In this document: positions 28,765 through 38,855 of the stretch, one piece after another
Layout of the letters: every line of letters starts with the position of its first letter
Position numbering within the stretch: the stretch's first letter is position 1
Origin: an uncultured Lachnoclostridium sp.
GTDB lineage: Bacteria; Bacillota; Clostridia; Lachnospirales; Lachnospiraceae
Length of the DNA: 64,000 bases
Direction: 5' to 3'
Assembly: GCA_905212635.1 (NCBI GenBank)
Contig: CAJMFH010000001.1
Span: 17,576 to 81,575, forward strand
Notes under the pieces: model-generated
The model's database searches: none
What the model was told of the DNA's origin: nothing
Seen by the model: the letters and a program-made list of their open reading frames with translations, nothing else
Made by a program: the position numbers and the translations under genes

Positions 28765-30036
28765 TTGAAAAAATATGATGTGATCGTAGTCGGCGGCGGT
28801 GCCGCCGGTATGATGGCTGCCATCTCCGCAGCCAAAGAAGGCGCACAGGTGGCTTTGATCGAAAAAAACGAAAAACTAGGAAAAAAAATATATATTACCG
28901 GAAAAGGACGCTGCAATCTCACCAATGCCTGTGAGACGGAAGAGTTCTTTCCTGCCGTCAATACCAATGCTAAATTTATGTATAGCAGTCTTTATACATT
29001 AACAAATTTTCAAACGATAGAATTGTTTCAGGAGTGGGGGCTTTCGACAAAAGTAGAACGAGGAAACCGCGTGTTTCCTGTCTCTGATAAATCTTCCGAT
29101 GTCATTCAATGTCTGACAAAAGAATGTCAGCGAAGCAGCGTTGACATTCACCTGAATACCCCCTGTCAGCAGATTTTATACGATCATGAAACGGCTTGTG
29201 CTGTCCGGACACCCGATGCCCTTCTGCATGCCGGCTGTATTATTTTAGCAACCGGAGGACTTTCCTATCCTTCTACCGGTTCTACCGGCGATGGGATCCG
29301 GTTTGCAAAAAAATCCGGCCACCGCATCGTTTCCTGTCGTCCCGCACTGGTTCCCATGAATGTGAAAGAACCGGATGCCATGCAGATGCAGGGACTTTCG
29401 ATGAAAAACGTGGAAATGGCTTTTTATGTGGAAAAAGAGAATGGGAAAAAACAGGAAATCTACCGTGATTTTGGGGAAATGATGTTTACCCATTTTGGTA
29501 TTACCGGTCCGATCGTTCTTTCCGCTTCTCATGAAGCAGGAAAAAGGTTGGAAAATGACACGATTTATGCTATACTGGATTGTAAGCCTGCGTTGTCTGT
29601 GGAAAAACTGGATAAACGTCTGGTCAGGGATTTTGAAGAAAGCCCGAATACTTCTTTAAAAAACTGTCTTGGGAAACTGCTTCCAAAAAGTATGATTCCC
29701 GTTATATTAAAACGCACGTCTTTAGATGGCGCAGCGGCAGTAAATCAAATTACAAAAACCGAAAGACACCGCCTCGTGTCGGAGATCAAAGCGATGCGCT
29801 TTACCATCCGGTCCCTTCGTGACTGGAAAGAGGCGATCATCACTTCCGGCGGTGTGTCCGTAAAAGACATTGATCCTTCTACAATGGAAAGCAAAAAAAT
29901 CAATCATCTGTTTTTTGCCGGAGAAATGATCGATGTGGACGCAATGACAGGTGGTTACAATTTACAGATTGCCTGGTCTACCGGTTATCTTGCCGGCAGG
30001 ATGGCAGCTGAAAAATCAAAAGAAAGAAAGGAATAA
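28765..30036 (+). CDS. HI0933/BaiN-family flavoprotein
   Basis: GGGAAG, ITGKGRCNLTN, ATGGLSYP..GSTGDG, GGYNLQIA motifs. Confidence 0.93.
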   Translation: MKKYDVIVVGGGAAGMMAAISAAKEGAQVALIEKNEKLGKKIYITGKGRCNLTNACETEEFFPAVNTNAKFMYSSLYTLTNFQTIELFQEWGLSTKVERGNRVFPVSDKSSDVIQCLTKECQRSSVDIHLNTPCQQILYDHETACAVRTPDALLHAGCIILATGGLSYPSTGSTGDGIRFAKKSGHRIVSCRPALVPMNVKEPDAMQMQGLSMKNVEMAFYVEKENGKKQEIYRDFGEMMFTHFGITGPIVLSASHEAGKRLENDTIYAILDCKPALSVEKLDKRLVRDFEESPNTSLKNCLGKLLPKSMIPVILKRTSLDGAAAVNQITKTERHRLVSEIKAMRFTIRSLRDWKEAIITSGGVSVKDIDPSTMESKKINHLFFAGEMIDVDAMTGGYNLQIAWSTGYLAGRMAAEKSKERKE

Positions 30037-30043
30037 CGGAGTT

Positions 30044-30703
30044 ATGAATATCGCGCTCGATGGCCCGGCAGGTGCAGGGAAAAGTTCTATCGCCAAATTA
30101 GTGGCAAAAAAATTATCATTTGTGTATTTAGACACCGGTGCAATGTACCGCACAATTGCTCTCTATGTGTTAAACAATGGGATTTCTCCGGCAGACGAAG
30201 AAGCAGTTGTTGCCAGACTCGATAATATCGAGATCACATTATCCCATGAAAACGGAGAACAGCAGATTTTTCTAAACGGAGCCAATGTTTCCAAAGAAAT
30301 CCGGAAAGAAGAAGTCGGAAAAACCGCCTCTACAGTGGCAAAATATGGAAAAGTCCGTGAAAAACTGGTTTCCCTGCAACAAAAAATTGCTTCCGAAAAC
30401 GATGTCATTATGGATGGAAGAGATATCGGAACTGTCGTTCTTCCAAATGCCGAAGTAAAAATCTATCTGACTGCCAGTTCCAGAGTACGCGCCGAGCGCC
30501 GTTACAAGGAATTACAGGAAAAAGGGGAAACCTGCGATCTGGATCAGATTGAAAAAGACATCATTCTCCGTGATGAACAGGATATGAATCGTGAGATTTC
30601 ACCGCTTCGTCAGGCGGACGATGCCGTACTTGTCGATTCTTCCGATATGTCTATCGAGGAAGTCGTAAATTGTCTGATCGACATCGTAAAAAAAGCAGAC
30701 TAG
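30044..30703 (+). CDS. cmk: Cytidylate kinase
   Basis: DGPAGAGKS, DTGAMYR, DGRDIG motifs. ATG at 30044. Confidence 0.96.
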   Translation: MNIALDGPAGAGKSSIAKLVAKKLSFVYLDTGAMYRTIALYVLNNGISPADEEAVVARLDNIEITLSHENGEQQIFLNGANVSKEIRKEEVGKTASTVAKYGKVREKLVSLQQKIASENDVIMDGRDIGTVVLPNAEVKIYLTASSRVRAERRYKELQEKGETCDLDQIEKDIILRDEQDMNREISPLRQADDAVLVDSSDMSIEEVVNCLIDIVKKAD

Positions 30704-30743
30704 CGAAATCGTTACTCTGAAAAAATAGAAAACGGGAGAGATT

Positions 30744-31619
30744 ATGAACGTATCACTTGCCAAAACAGCCGGATTCTGTTTCGGAGTTAAGCGCGCTGTC
30801 GATATGGCATATACCGAAGCAGCAAAAGGAAAACCGGTTTACACCCTGGGACCTATCATTCACAATGAAGAAGTGGTTGCGGATCTGGAACAGAAAGGAG
30901 TTCTTGCCCTGAGTGAAGAAGAACTTTTTTCCGGAAAACATCCTCTGGAGGATGCCACCGTTATCATTCGTTCCCACGGGATATCCAAAGAAATTTATAC
31001 AAAACTGGAAAATGTAAATGCCAATATTGTAGACTGTACCTGCCCTTTTGTAAAAAAAATTCATACAACAGTTGAAAAATATGCAGAAAAAGGGTATGAT
31101 ATTGTCATTATAGGCAGCAAAGTTCATCCCGAGGTACAGGGTATCCTCGGATGGTGCGAAGGGCACGGAAAAGCCCTTGAAACCGAGGAAGAAGCGCTGA
31201 ATTTCACCTTAAAAGATGCGACAAAAAAAGTGTGCATTGTCGCCCAAACGACATTTAATTACAAAAAATTTAAAGATTTAGTTGAAATTCTTTCAAAAAA
31301 AGGTTATGATATAATTGCTGTGAATACTATATGCAATGCCACCGCAGAGAGACAAAAAGAAGCTGAGGAGTTAGCAGCCGTTTCGGATGCGATGATTGTT
31401 ATAGGCGGGAAAAACAGTTCAAATTCCAGAAAGTTATTTGAAATCAGTAAAAATCAGTGTGAAAACACTTATTTTATACAGACATTAGAAGATTTGAATC
31501 TGGAGCAGATTCAATTTTCGTCAAGCCTAGGTATTACTGCAGGGGCATCCACCCCAAAAAACATTATTCAGGAGGTTCTAGAGGCATGTCAGAAGAAAGA
31601 AGTTTTGAAGAATTATTAA
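30744..31619 (+). CDS. ispH: 4-hydroxy-3-methylbut-2-enyl diphosphate reductase
   Basis: GFCFGV, TCPFV, TICNAT, SSNS, TAGASTP motifs. Confidence 0.96.
   Translation: MNVSLAKTAGFCFGVKRAVDMAYTEAAKGKPVYTLGPIIHNEEVVADLEQKGVLALSEEELFSGKHPLEDATVIIRSHGISKEIYTKLENVNANIVDCTCPFVKKIHTTVEKYAEKGYDIVIIGSKVHPEVQGILGWCEGHGKALETEEEALNFTLKDATKKVCIVAQTTFNYKKFKDLVEILSKKGYDIIAVNTICNATAERQKEAEELAAVSDAMIVIGGKNSSNSRKLFEISKNQCENTYFIQTLEDLNLEQIQFSSSLGITAGASTPKNIIQEVLEACQKKEVLKNY
31282..31315 (+). promoter_or_regulatory. Candidate internal promoter for rpsA inside ispH
   Basis: TTGAAA-N17-TATGAT overlapping TGATATAAT. Confidence 0.55.
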
Positions 31620-32683
31620 AAGAGGAATCATCAGTAACAATCCATAATGGTGCGATTGTAGAAGGGACAGTTATCAGCGTTAATGAGAATGAAATTATCT
31701 TGAATATCAGATATAAAGCAGATGGTATCTTGACAAAAAGCGAATACAGCAATAATCCAGATGTTGATTTGACAAAAGAAGTTAAAGTTGATGATAAGCT
31801 CACTGTAAAGGTTCTTAAAGTAAACGACGGAGAAGGTCAGGTTCTTCTTACTTACAAGAGATTACAGCAGGATAAGATGAACAAAGTATTCGAAGAGGCT
31901 ATGGAAAGCGGCGAGGTTCTGAAAGGAACAGTAACAGCAGCATTGAAAGGCGGCTTGAGTGTTTCTTATGGAGAAGGTCGTGTATTTATTCCGGCTAGTC
32001 TGGTATCCGACGTATACGAAAAAGACCTTTCCAAGTACGAAGGACAGGAGATTGAGTTTGTTCTTACTGAAGTAAATCCTCGCAAGAGAAGAATTATCGG
32101 TGACCGCAAACAGCTTATCGTGGCTCAGAAGAAAGAGGCTCAGGAAGCACTTCTTGCCCGTATCGAAGTTGGTATGATGGTAGAAGGTACCGTAAAGAAC
32201 CTTACCGATTTTGGTGCATTTATCGATCTCGGCGGAGCAGATGGTCTTCTTCACATTTCAGAAATGAGCTGGGGACGTGTAGACGATCCTAAGAAATTAT
32301 TCAAAGTTGGCGATAAAGTAGAAGTTATGATTAAAGATATTTCCGGTACAAAGATCGCTTTGACTATGAAACTGGATTCAAACAATCCTTGGAAAAACGC
32401 ATCTGAAAAATACGAGAAAGGTCAGGTCGTAACAGGAAAAGTTGCCCGTATGACAGATTTTGGTGCCTTTGTTGAATTGGAAGAGGGCATCGATGCACTT
32501 CTTCATGTATCCCAGATTTCCATTGACCATGTTGAAAAACCTTCTGACGTATTGAGCGTTGGACAGGAAGTTACAGCAAAGATTGTGGACTTCAATGAAG
32601 AAGCAAAGAAAATCAGCCTGAGCATCAAAGCTCTCGAGATTGAAAAACAGAACGAGGATGCTGCTGAAGAAGAAGCAGAATAA
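31586..32683 (+). CDS. rpsA: 30S ribosomal protein S1 (four S1 domains)
   Basis: Repeated FGAF..DGLLHISE motifs. GGAGG RBS inside ispH. Confidence 0.95.
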   Translation: MSEERSFEELLKEESSVTIHNGAIVEGTVISVNENEIILNIRYKADGILTKSEYSNNPDVDLTKEVKVDDKLTVKVLKVNDGEGQVLLTYKRLQQDKMNKVFEEAMESGEVLKGTVTAALKGGLSVSYGEGRVFIPASLVSDVYEKDLSKYEGQEIEFVLTEVNPRKRRIIGDRKQLIVAQKKEAQEALLARIEVGMMVEGTVKNLTDFGAFIDLGGADGLLHISEMSWGRVDDPKKLFKVGDKVEVMIKDISGTKIALTMKLDSNNPWKNASEKYEKGQVVTGKVARMTDFGAFVELEEGIDALLHVSQISIDHVEKPSDVLSVGQEVTAKIVDFNEEAKKISLSIKALEIEKQNEDAAEEEAE

Positions 32684-32709
32684 TAATTCGACTGAGGTTT
32701 TAAACAGAT

Positions 32710-33489
32710 ATGTTAGACGAGTATGAAGGATTTAAAAAAGATTTTTTGCTATTATCCGGACTTGACTTAAACTCTTACAAGGAAACTCAGATGAAACGCC
32801 GCATTCTCAGTTTTATGGGAAGACACCGGTGTAAAAACTTAGCGGAATTTTTTCAGTTGTTAAAAAGAGACCGTGAAGTATATAATACATTTATTACATA
32901 TCTTACAATAAATGTATCTGAGTTTTATCGCAATCCGGCTCAGTGGAAAACATTGGAAACCATTATTATTCCACACATTATGAAACATTCCGGAAAAAAT
33001 ATCCGTGTGTGGAGTGCCGCTTGCTCTACGGGAGATGAGCCGTATTCTCTGGCAATGGTTCTCAGCGAGTTCTATCCGTTAGAACGTATTGAGATCATCG
33101 CTACGGATATGGACAAAGAAGTTTTAGACAAGGCCAGACAGGGATGTTACCATGAAAAAAGTTTAAAATCCCTTCCGGAAAAGTATCAGAAAAAATTTTT
33201 TGAAAAGAAAGACTCCGGATATTATCAGGTGTCTGATTCTTTGAAACGGTGTATTACCTTTCAAGAACATAATCTGTTAAAAGATACGTATCCCGGAAAC
33301 CTTGATTTGGTTGTGTGCAGAAACGTTCTGATTTATTTTACCGAAGAGGCAAAAGATCGAATATACAAAGGCATTTCGCAATCATTAAAAAAAGATGGTG
33401 TGCTTTTTGTAGGAAGTACCGAGCAGATTATAGGTTCGGATGTTTATGGTTTGGAAACCTTTCAATCATTTTTTTATAAAAAAATTTGA
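32710..33489 (+). CDS. cheR: Chemotaxis protein-glutamate methyltransferase
   Basis: TINVSEFYR, WSAACSTGDEPYS, CRNVLIYF motifs. Confidence 0.94.
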   Translation: MLDEYEGFKKDFLLLSGLDLNSYKETQMKRRILSFMGRHRCKNLAEFFQLLKRDREVYNTFITYLTINVSEFYRNPAQWKTLETIIIPHIMKHSGKNIRVWSAACSTGDEPYSLAMVLSEFYPLERIEIIATDMDKEVLDKARQGCYHEKSLKSLPEKYQKKFFEKKDSGYYQVSDSLKRCITFQEHNLLKDTYPGNLDLVVCRNVLIYFTEEAKDRIYKGISQSLKKDGVLFVGSTEQIIGSDVYGLETFQSFFYKKI

Positions 33490-33494
33490 TGGAT

Positions 33495-33532
33495 GATAGA
33501 AGCCACCCTTGTTTTTAGGGTGGCTTTCTATC
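33495..33532 (+). terminator. Terminator after cheR
   Basis: GATAGAAGCCACCCT / AGGGTGGCTTTCTATC. Confidence 0.75.
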
Positions 33533-33561
33533 CGAATAAAGACAGTTAAAGGAGAATTCAA

Positions 33562-34563
33562 ATGGAGAAAGTTGTTATTGCATTGGATGCGATGGGCGGA
33601 GATTACGCACCGGAGCAGACCGTAAAAGGCGCTGTAGAAGCGGTTAATTCAAGTGATGAGATCCGTGTTATCTTAGTAGGAAAACAGGACATGATTGCGA
33701 AAGAACTTGAAAAATACGAATATACCAAAGAGGATATTGAAGTCGTACATGCCTCCGAGATCATTGATATGGGAGATGTTCCAACCGTTGCGATCAAAGA
33801 TAAAAAAGATTCTTCTTTAGTTGTTGCCATGAGACTGGTACGTGAGGGCAAAGCCGATGCACTTGTTTCTGCCGGAAGCACCGGTGCGGTATTGGTAGGC
33901 GGCCAGCTTGTCGTCGGTCGTCTGAAAGGAATCAAACGTCCTCCACTGGCTCCGTTTATTCCTACCACAAAGGGATTTTCTCTTTTGATCGACTGTGGTG
34001 CTAATGTGGATGCCCGACCGGAACATCTGGTTCAGTTTGCACAGATGGGATCCATTTATTATGAGAATGTTATGGGCAAAAAAAATCCTACCGTCGCACT
34101 GTTAAATATTGGAACAGAAGAGGAAAAAGGAAACCAGCTTGTAAAAGATACCAAACCATTGATGAAAGAGTGCAAAAATATCAATTACATCGGCAGCGTG
34201 GAAGCGCGTGAACTGGTAAGCGGTGCGGCAGATGTTATCGTCTGCGAAGCATTTGTCGGAAACGTCGTTTTGAAATTCTTTGAAGGATTGGCATTGACAT
34301 TATTTGGAAGTTTGAAAGAGGGACTGATGTCCAGCACCCGAACAAAATTGGGCGCTCTTCTCGTAAAACCGGCGTTAAAAGGCTTGAAAAACCAGTTTGA
34401 CACAAGCAGCCAGGGCGGGGCTCCTTTGCTTGGCTTAAAAGGACTTGTCGTAAAAGCACATGGAAATTCCAGCAGCAAGGAAATTGAAATTGCATTAAAG
34501 CAGTGTATTTCCTTTAAAAAGCAGAGAATTAACGAAAAAATTAAAGAAAGTATATGTGATTAA
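33562..34563 (+). CDS. plsX: Phosphate acyltransferase
   Basis: LDAMGGDYAP, DCGANVD, NIGTEEEKGN, VKAHG motifs. Confidence 0.96.
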   Translation: MEKVVIALDAMGGDYAPEQTVKGAVEAVNSSDEIRVILVGKQDMIAKELEKYEYTKEDIEVVHASEIIDMGDVPTVAIKDKKDSSLVVAMRLVREGKADALVSAGSTGAVLVGGQLVVGRLKGIKRPPLAPFIPTTKGFSLLIDCGANVDARPEHLVQFAQMGSIYYENVMGKKNPTVALLNIGTEEEKGNQLVKDTKPLMKECKNINYIGSVEARELVSGAADVIVCEAFVGNVVLKFFEGLALTLFGSLKEGLMSSTRTKLGALLVKPALKGLKNQFDTSSQGGAPLLGLKGLVVKAHGNSSSKEIEIALKQCISFKKQRINEKIKESICD

Positions 34564-34564
34564 A

Positions 34565-35254
34565 ATGACAAAAAATGATCTTTCAAAATTTGAAGAAAAA
34601 ATCGGTTACCGGTTTCAGGAGAAAACGTTGCTGCAAAACGCATTGACTCACAGCTCCTATGCCAATGAAAAGCATCTTCCCTATGAGAAAAATAACGAAC
34701 GTCTCGAATTTTTAGGCGATGCTGTATTGGAACTTGTAAGCAGTGATTTCATCTTTCATGAACAAGCGACGGCGATGGAAGGAAAAATGAGCAAATTCCG
34801 CGCCAGCCTTGTATGTGAGAGAAGTCTGGCGCAGAGTGCCAGAGAAATCGATCTTGGTTCCTATCTGTTTTTAGGAAAAGGAGAAGCTGCGACAGGCGGA
34901 GCCGGACGGGATTCCATTTTGTCCGATGCGTTTGAAGCGGTGATCGGAGCCATTTATCTGGATGCCGGAATGGAAGAGGCGTCGCGGTTTATTCATCAAT
35001 ATGTCCTTTCGGACATTGAACATAAAACGCTCTTTTATGACAGCAAGACCATCTTACAGGAAATGGTACAGAGTCATGGTGCCAATACACTGCACTATCA
35101 TTTGTTGGAAGAAAAGGGACCGGATCACTGCAAAGAATTTGTAATTGCCTGTTGTCTGGGCGACCGTCAGCTCGGTATCGGCTCCGGACGCAGTAAAAAA
35201 CTGGCAGAACAGGAAGCTGCCTATCGGGCAATCTTAGCATTAAGAAATAAATAA
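34565..35254 (+). CDS. rnc: Ribonuclease III
   Basis: NERLEFLGDAVL signature and dsRBD. Start is ATG 34565 or GTG 34556. Confidence 0.97.
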   Translation: MTKNDLSKFEEKIGYRFQEKTLLQNALTHSSYANEKHLPYEKNNERLEFLGDAVLELVSSDFIFHEQATAMEGKMSKFRASLVCERSLAQSAREIDLGSYLFLGKGEAATGGAGRDSILSDAFEAVIGAIYLDAGMEEASRFIHQYVLSDIEHKTLFYDSKTILQEMVQSHGANTLHYHLLEEKGPDHCKEFVIACCLGDRQLGIGSGRSKKLAEQEAAYRAILALRNK

Positions 35255-35270
35255 GGAATGGTATAACGGA

Positions 35271-38200
35271 ATGTACTTAAAAAGTATTGAAGTGCATGGA
35301 TTTAAATCCTTTGCCAATAAATTAGTATTTGAATTTCATAATGGAATCACCGGAATCGTCGGCCCAAACGGAAGTGGAAAAAGTAACGTAGCCGATGCTG
35401 TCCGCTGGGTTCTCGGCGAGCAGAGTGCAAAACAGCTTCGTGGTGCCAGCATGCAGGATGTCATTTTTGCCGGAACAGAACTTCGCAAACCACAAAGTTA
35501 CGCTTATGTTGCTCTGACGATTTCCAATGAGGATCACAAACTGAACGTTCCGTATGAGGAAGTCAAAGTGGCACGCCGCGTCTATCGTTCCGGGGAAAGT
35601 GAATACCTGATCAACGGAGCTGCCTGCCGCTTAAAAGATATTCAGGAATTGTTTTTTGATACCGGTATCGGAAAAGAAGGATATTCCATCATCGGACAGG
35701 GACAGATTGATAAGATTCTCAGCGGTAAACCGGAAGAACGCCGTGAATTGTTCGATGAAGCAGCCGGAATCGTAAAATACAAAAAGCGGAAAGCAGCCGC
35801 TGAAAAAAATCTGGAAGTCGAACGCCAGAATCTGGTTCGTGTCAACGACATTTTGACCGAATTGGAAAAACAGGTCGGACCTTTGGAAAAGCAGTCCGAG
35901 AAAGCGCGCGAATACCTGCGTTTAAAAGAGGAACTGAAAAAATACGAGATTTCTTTGTTTATTCAGGACTATGATAGTTTCAAAGAAGAATTGTCAGAAA
36001 CCGGAAATAACATTTCGAATACGGAAAAAGAACTGGAATCCCTGAAACAAAAACAGGAAAGTACAAAAGAAGAGTACGAAACCGTTGAAAATCAAATCCG
36101 TGAATTTGATGAAAATATCGAATTTAAAAAAGAAAAAAAGAACCGTGACAATGTAAATCTGGCAAATCTCGAAAGTGAGATTCGTGTAACAAAAGAAAAG
36201 ATTGCCGCCTTATCCCAGGGAAAAGAATTTCACGAAGAGCGTATGGCGGCAGTAACCGCAGAAATCGAAGAAGCCAGAAAAGAAAAAGAAGAGTACGAAA
36301 AAAATCAGAAAGAATGGATTACAACCCTTTCCACGATGGAAAAGCAGGAAGCAGAAAAACAGGAAGAGATTCGTTCTCTGAATGCTGCGATCGAGCAGAT
36401 GAATCAAACCATTTCTTCCCAGAACGAGATTCTGATGTCCAATATGGAGATGAAATCCGAAATCGGGCGTGAGCAGGAAAAAGTACAGTCGATGATGGAA
36501 CAGAATTCCATCCGCAAAGCCGAGTTAAATCAACGTATTTTATCCAACAAAAGCCAGGTTTCCTCTGCCATTGAGGAGATGCAGAAAGAAGAAAAGGCAT
36601 TGGAAGAAATCCGCGAAAAATTAGATGCCGAATATATCAAACAAAAAGAATATCAGAAGAAGTCGTTTGAAACCCGCGAATTTATCAAAGGGATCGAACT
36701 TCAGATACAGGAACAGCAAAAAGAGTTCCATATGAAAACTTCCGAACTTGCGACATTGAAAAATATCGCCGAACGTTACGACGGTTATGGACAGAGCATC
36801 CGCCGCGTTATGGAGCAGAAGGAAAAAAATGCCGGTATTGTCGGCGTTGTCGCAGATATCATTCAAGTAGACAAAAAGTATGAGACAGCTGTAGAAACCG
36901 CACTTGGAGGGAGCATTCAGAATATCGTAACCGAGGATGAATCCACCGCCAAAGACATGATTCAGTTTTTGAAAAAGAATCGGTTTGGCCGTGCCACCTT
37001 TTTACCACTGACTACCGTATCCGCTTCCGGCGGACGGATCAAGGAGGAAGTCCTTTCGGAACCCGGTGTGATCGGAAGAGTATCGGAATTGGTCGAAAAA
37101 GAGGCAAAATTTGAGGGATTGATCGAATATCTCCTTGGCCGCTTTGTATTGGCTGACACGATCGACCATGCAATGGCACTCGGAAGAAAATACAAACATT
37201 CTCTCCGCATCGTTACACTCGAAGGAGAACTCCTCAGTCCGGGAGGTTCTATGTCCGGTGGTGCTTATAAAAATAACAGTAAGCTGCTTGGCCGCCGCCG
37301 TGAGATGGAAAAACTGGAAGAAGCCATTGAGAAACTGAAACAGACGATGGCAAAATCCCGTGATAAGATCACAAAGTTACAGGAAGAAGTCGCAAAAGCC
37401 GAGAAAAAGGCAGCCGATATCTCCATTACCAGAAAAGAACTGGAATTACAGGAAAATACGGCAAAAATCAAGTATGAACAAGCCGTTTCGATCAAGGAAA
37501 AGCAGGAAACCGAATACAATTCCATCATAAATGACGGAAAAGAACTGGAAAACCAGAAACAGGAGCTGGCGGAAACACTGGCCCAGATTGATGAAAAACT
37601 GGGATCCAGTGAAGAGCAGAATGAGCAGGCAAAAAAACTGGTGGAATCTGCCACACAGGATCTGGAGCAGAACCAGCAGGCATTGGACAAACTTCAATCC
37701 GAACTTTCCGAATTGAAACTGGAAATTGCCTCCTGCACCCAGAAAAACACGTTTGCTTCCGAAAACCTGTCACGAATCGATGCGAGAATCAAAGAACTGG
37801 AAGAAGAGTATGCCACACATACAAATAATCAGACGGATTCGGATGAGCAGGAAGCACAGATGAAAAAACAGATTGAAGAATTCGAAAAACGCATGGTCCT
37901 CTGCCAAAATGAAATCGAAGATCTGGAAAAAGAAGTGGAAGAAGCTTCTGCCGAAAAAGAACGTTTGATGGTTTCCCGAAAAGATTTCTTTGAACGCCGC
38001 AATGCGATGATGGAACAAATTGGAAATTTGGACAAGGAATGTTTCCGTCTGCAGTCTCGAAAAGAAAAATTGGAAGAGCAGCTTGACTCCCGCGTTAATT
38101 ATATGTGGTCAGAATACGAGATCACGTATCACAACGCAAAAGAAAATGCGGAAGATACCGGACTTACTTACACGCGAATGAAGAGTCAGGTGTCGAATAC

Positions 38201-38855
38201 AAAAAATCAGATCCGTTCCCTCGGAGATGTCAATGTTAATGCCATCGAAGATTATAAGAGTGTAAGCGAACGTTATGAGGTATTGAAAACACAGCACGAC
38301 GATCTGATTGAATCCGAAGAAAAACTGACAAAGATCATCGCCGAGTTAGATGAGGAAATGCGAAAACAGTTCAGCGAGAAATTTCAGGAGATCAAATCCC
38401 AGTTTGACAAAGTATTCCGCGAATTGTTTGGTGGTGGAAAGGGTACGTTGGAACTGGTAGAGGAAGAAGATGTTCTGACTGCCGGCATCCGTATCATCGC
38501 CCAGCCACCCGGAAAAAAATTACAGAACATGATGCAGTTATCCGGTGGTGAAAAAGCTTTGACAGCCATTGCTCTTTTGTTTGCCATTCAGAATCTGAAA
38601 CCATCGCCATTCTGTCTGCTTGACGAGATTGAAGCGGCACTTGACGATTCGAATGTAAAGAGGTATGCTAAATATCTACATAAGTTAACGAAAAACACCC
38701 AGTTTATCGTTATCACCCACCGACAAGGTACGATGTCTGCCGCCGATGCGTTATATGGTATTACGATGCAGGAAAAAGGGGTTTCGACATTAGTATCCGT
38801 TAAATTGATCGAAGAGCAGTTAAAAAATGAAAATAAAAAAGGAGAGCATGCATGA
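35271..38855 (+). CDS. smc: Chromosome segregation protein SMC
   Basis: GPNGSGKSN, coiled coils, hinge GRATFLPL, LSGGE, DEIEAALD. Confidence 0.98.
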   Translation: MYLKSIEVHGFKSFANKLVFEFHNGITGIVGPNGSGKSNVADAVRWVLGEQSAKQLRGASMQDVIFAGTELRKPQSYAYVALTISNEDHKLNVPYEEVKVARRVYRSGESEYLINGAACRLKDIQELFFDTGIGKEGYSIIGQGQIDKILSGKPEERRELFDEAAGIVKYKKRKAAAEKNLEVERQNLVRVNDILTELEKQVGPLEKQSEKAREYLRLKEELKKYEISLFIQDYDSFKEELSETGNNISNTEKELESLKQKQESTKEEYETVENQIREFDENIEFKKEKKNRDNVNLANLESEIRVTKEKIAALSQGKEFHEERMAAVTAEIEEARKEKEEYEKNQKEWITTLSTMEKQEAEKQEEIRSLNAAIEQMNQTISSQNEILMSNMEMKSEIGREQEKVQSMMEQNSIRKAELNQRILSNKSQVSSAIEEMQKEEKALEEIREKLDAEYIKQKEYQKKSFETREFIKGIELQIQEQQKEFHMKTSELATLKNIAERYDGYGQSIRRVMEQKEKNAGIVGVVADIIQVDKKYETAVETALGGSIQNIVTEDESTAKDMIQFLKKNRFGRATFLPLTTVSASGGRIKEEVLSEPGVIGRVSELVEKEAKFEGLIEYLLGRFVLADTIDHAMALGRKYKHSLRIVTLEGELLSPGGSMSGGAYKNNSKLLGRRREMEKLEEAIEKLKQTMAKSRDKITKLQEEVAKAEKKAADISITRKELELQENTAKIKYEQAVSIKEKQETEYNSIINDGKELENQKQELAETLAQIDEKLGSSEEQNEQAKKLVESATQDLEQNQQALDKLQSELSELKLEIASCTQKNTFASENLSRIDARIKELEEEYATHTNNQTDSDEQEAQMKKQIEEFEKRMVLCQNEIEDLEKEVEEASAEKERLMVSRKDFFERRNAMMEQIGNLDKECFRLQSRKEKLEEQLDSRVNYMWSEYEITYHNAKENAEDTGLTYTRMKSQVSNTKNQIRSLGDVNVNAIEDYKSVSERYEVLKTQHDDLIESEEKLTKIIAELDEEMRKQFSEKFQEIKSQFDKVFRELFGGGKGTLELVEEEDVLTAGIRIIAQPPGKKLQNMMQLSGGEKALTAIALLFAIQNLKPSPFCLLDEIEAALDDSNVKRYAKYLHKLTKNTQFIVITHRQGTMSAADALYGITMQEKGVSTLVSVKLIEEQLKNENKKGEHA

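Noticed and set aside
35800..38100. Repetitive GAA/AAA-rich stretch
   Set aside because: Explained by the SMC coiled-coil composition.
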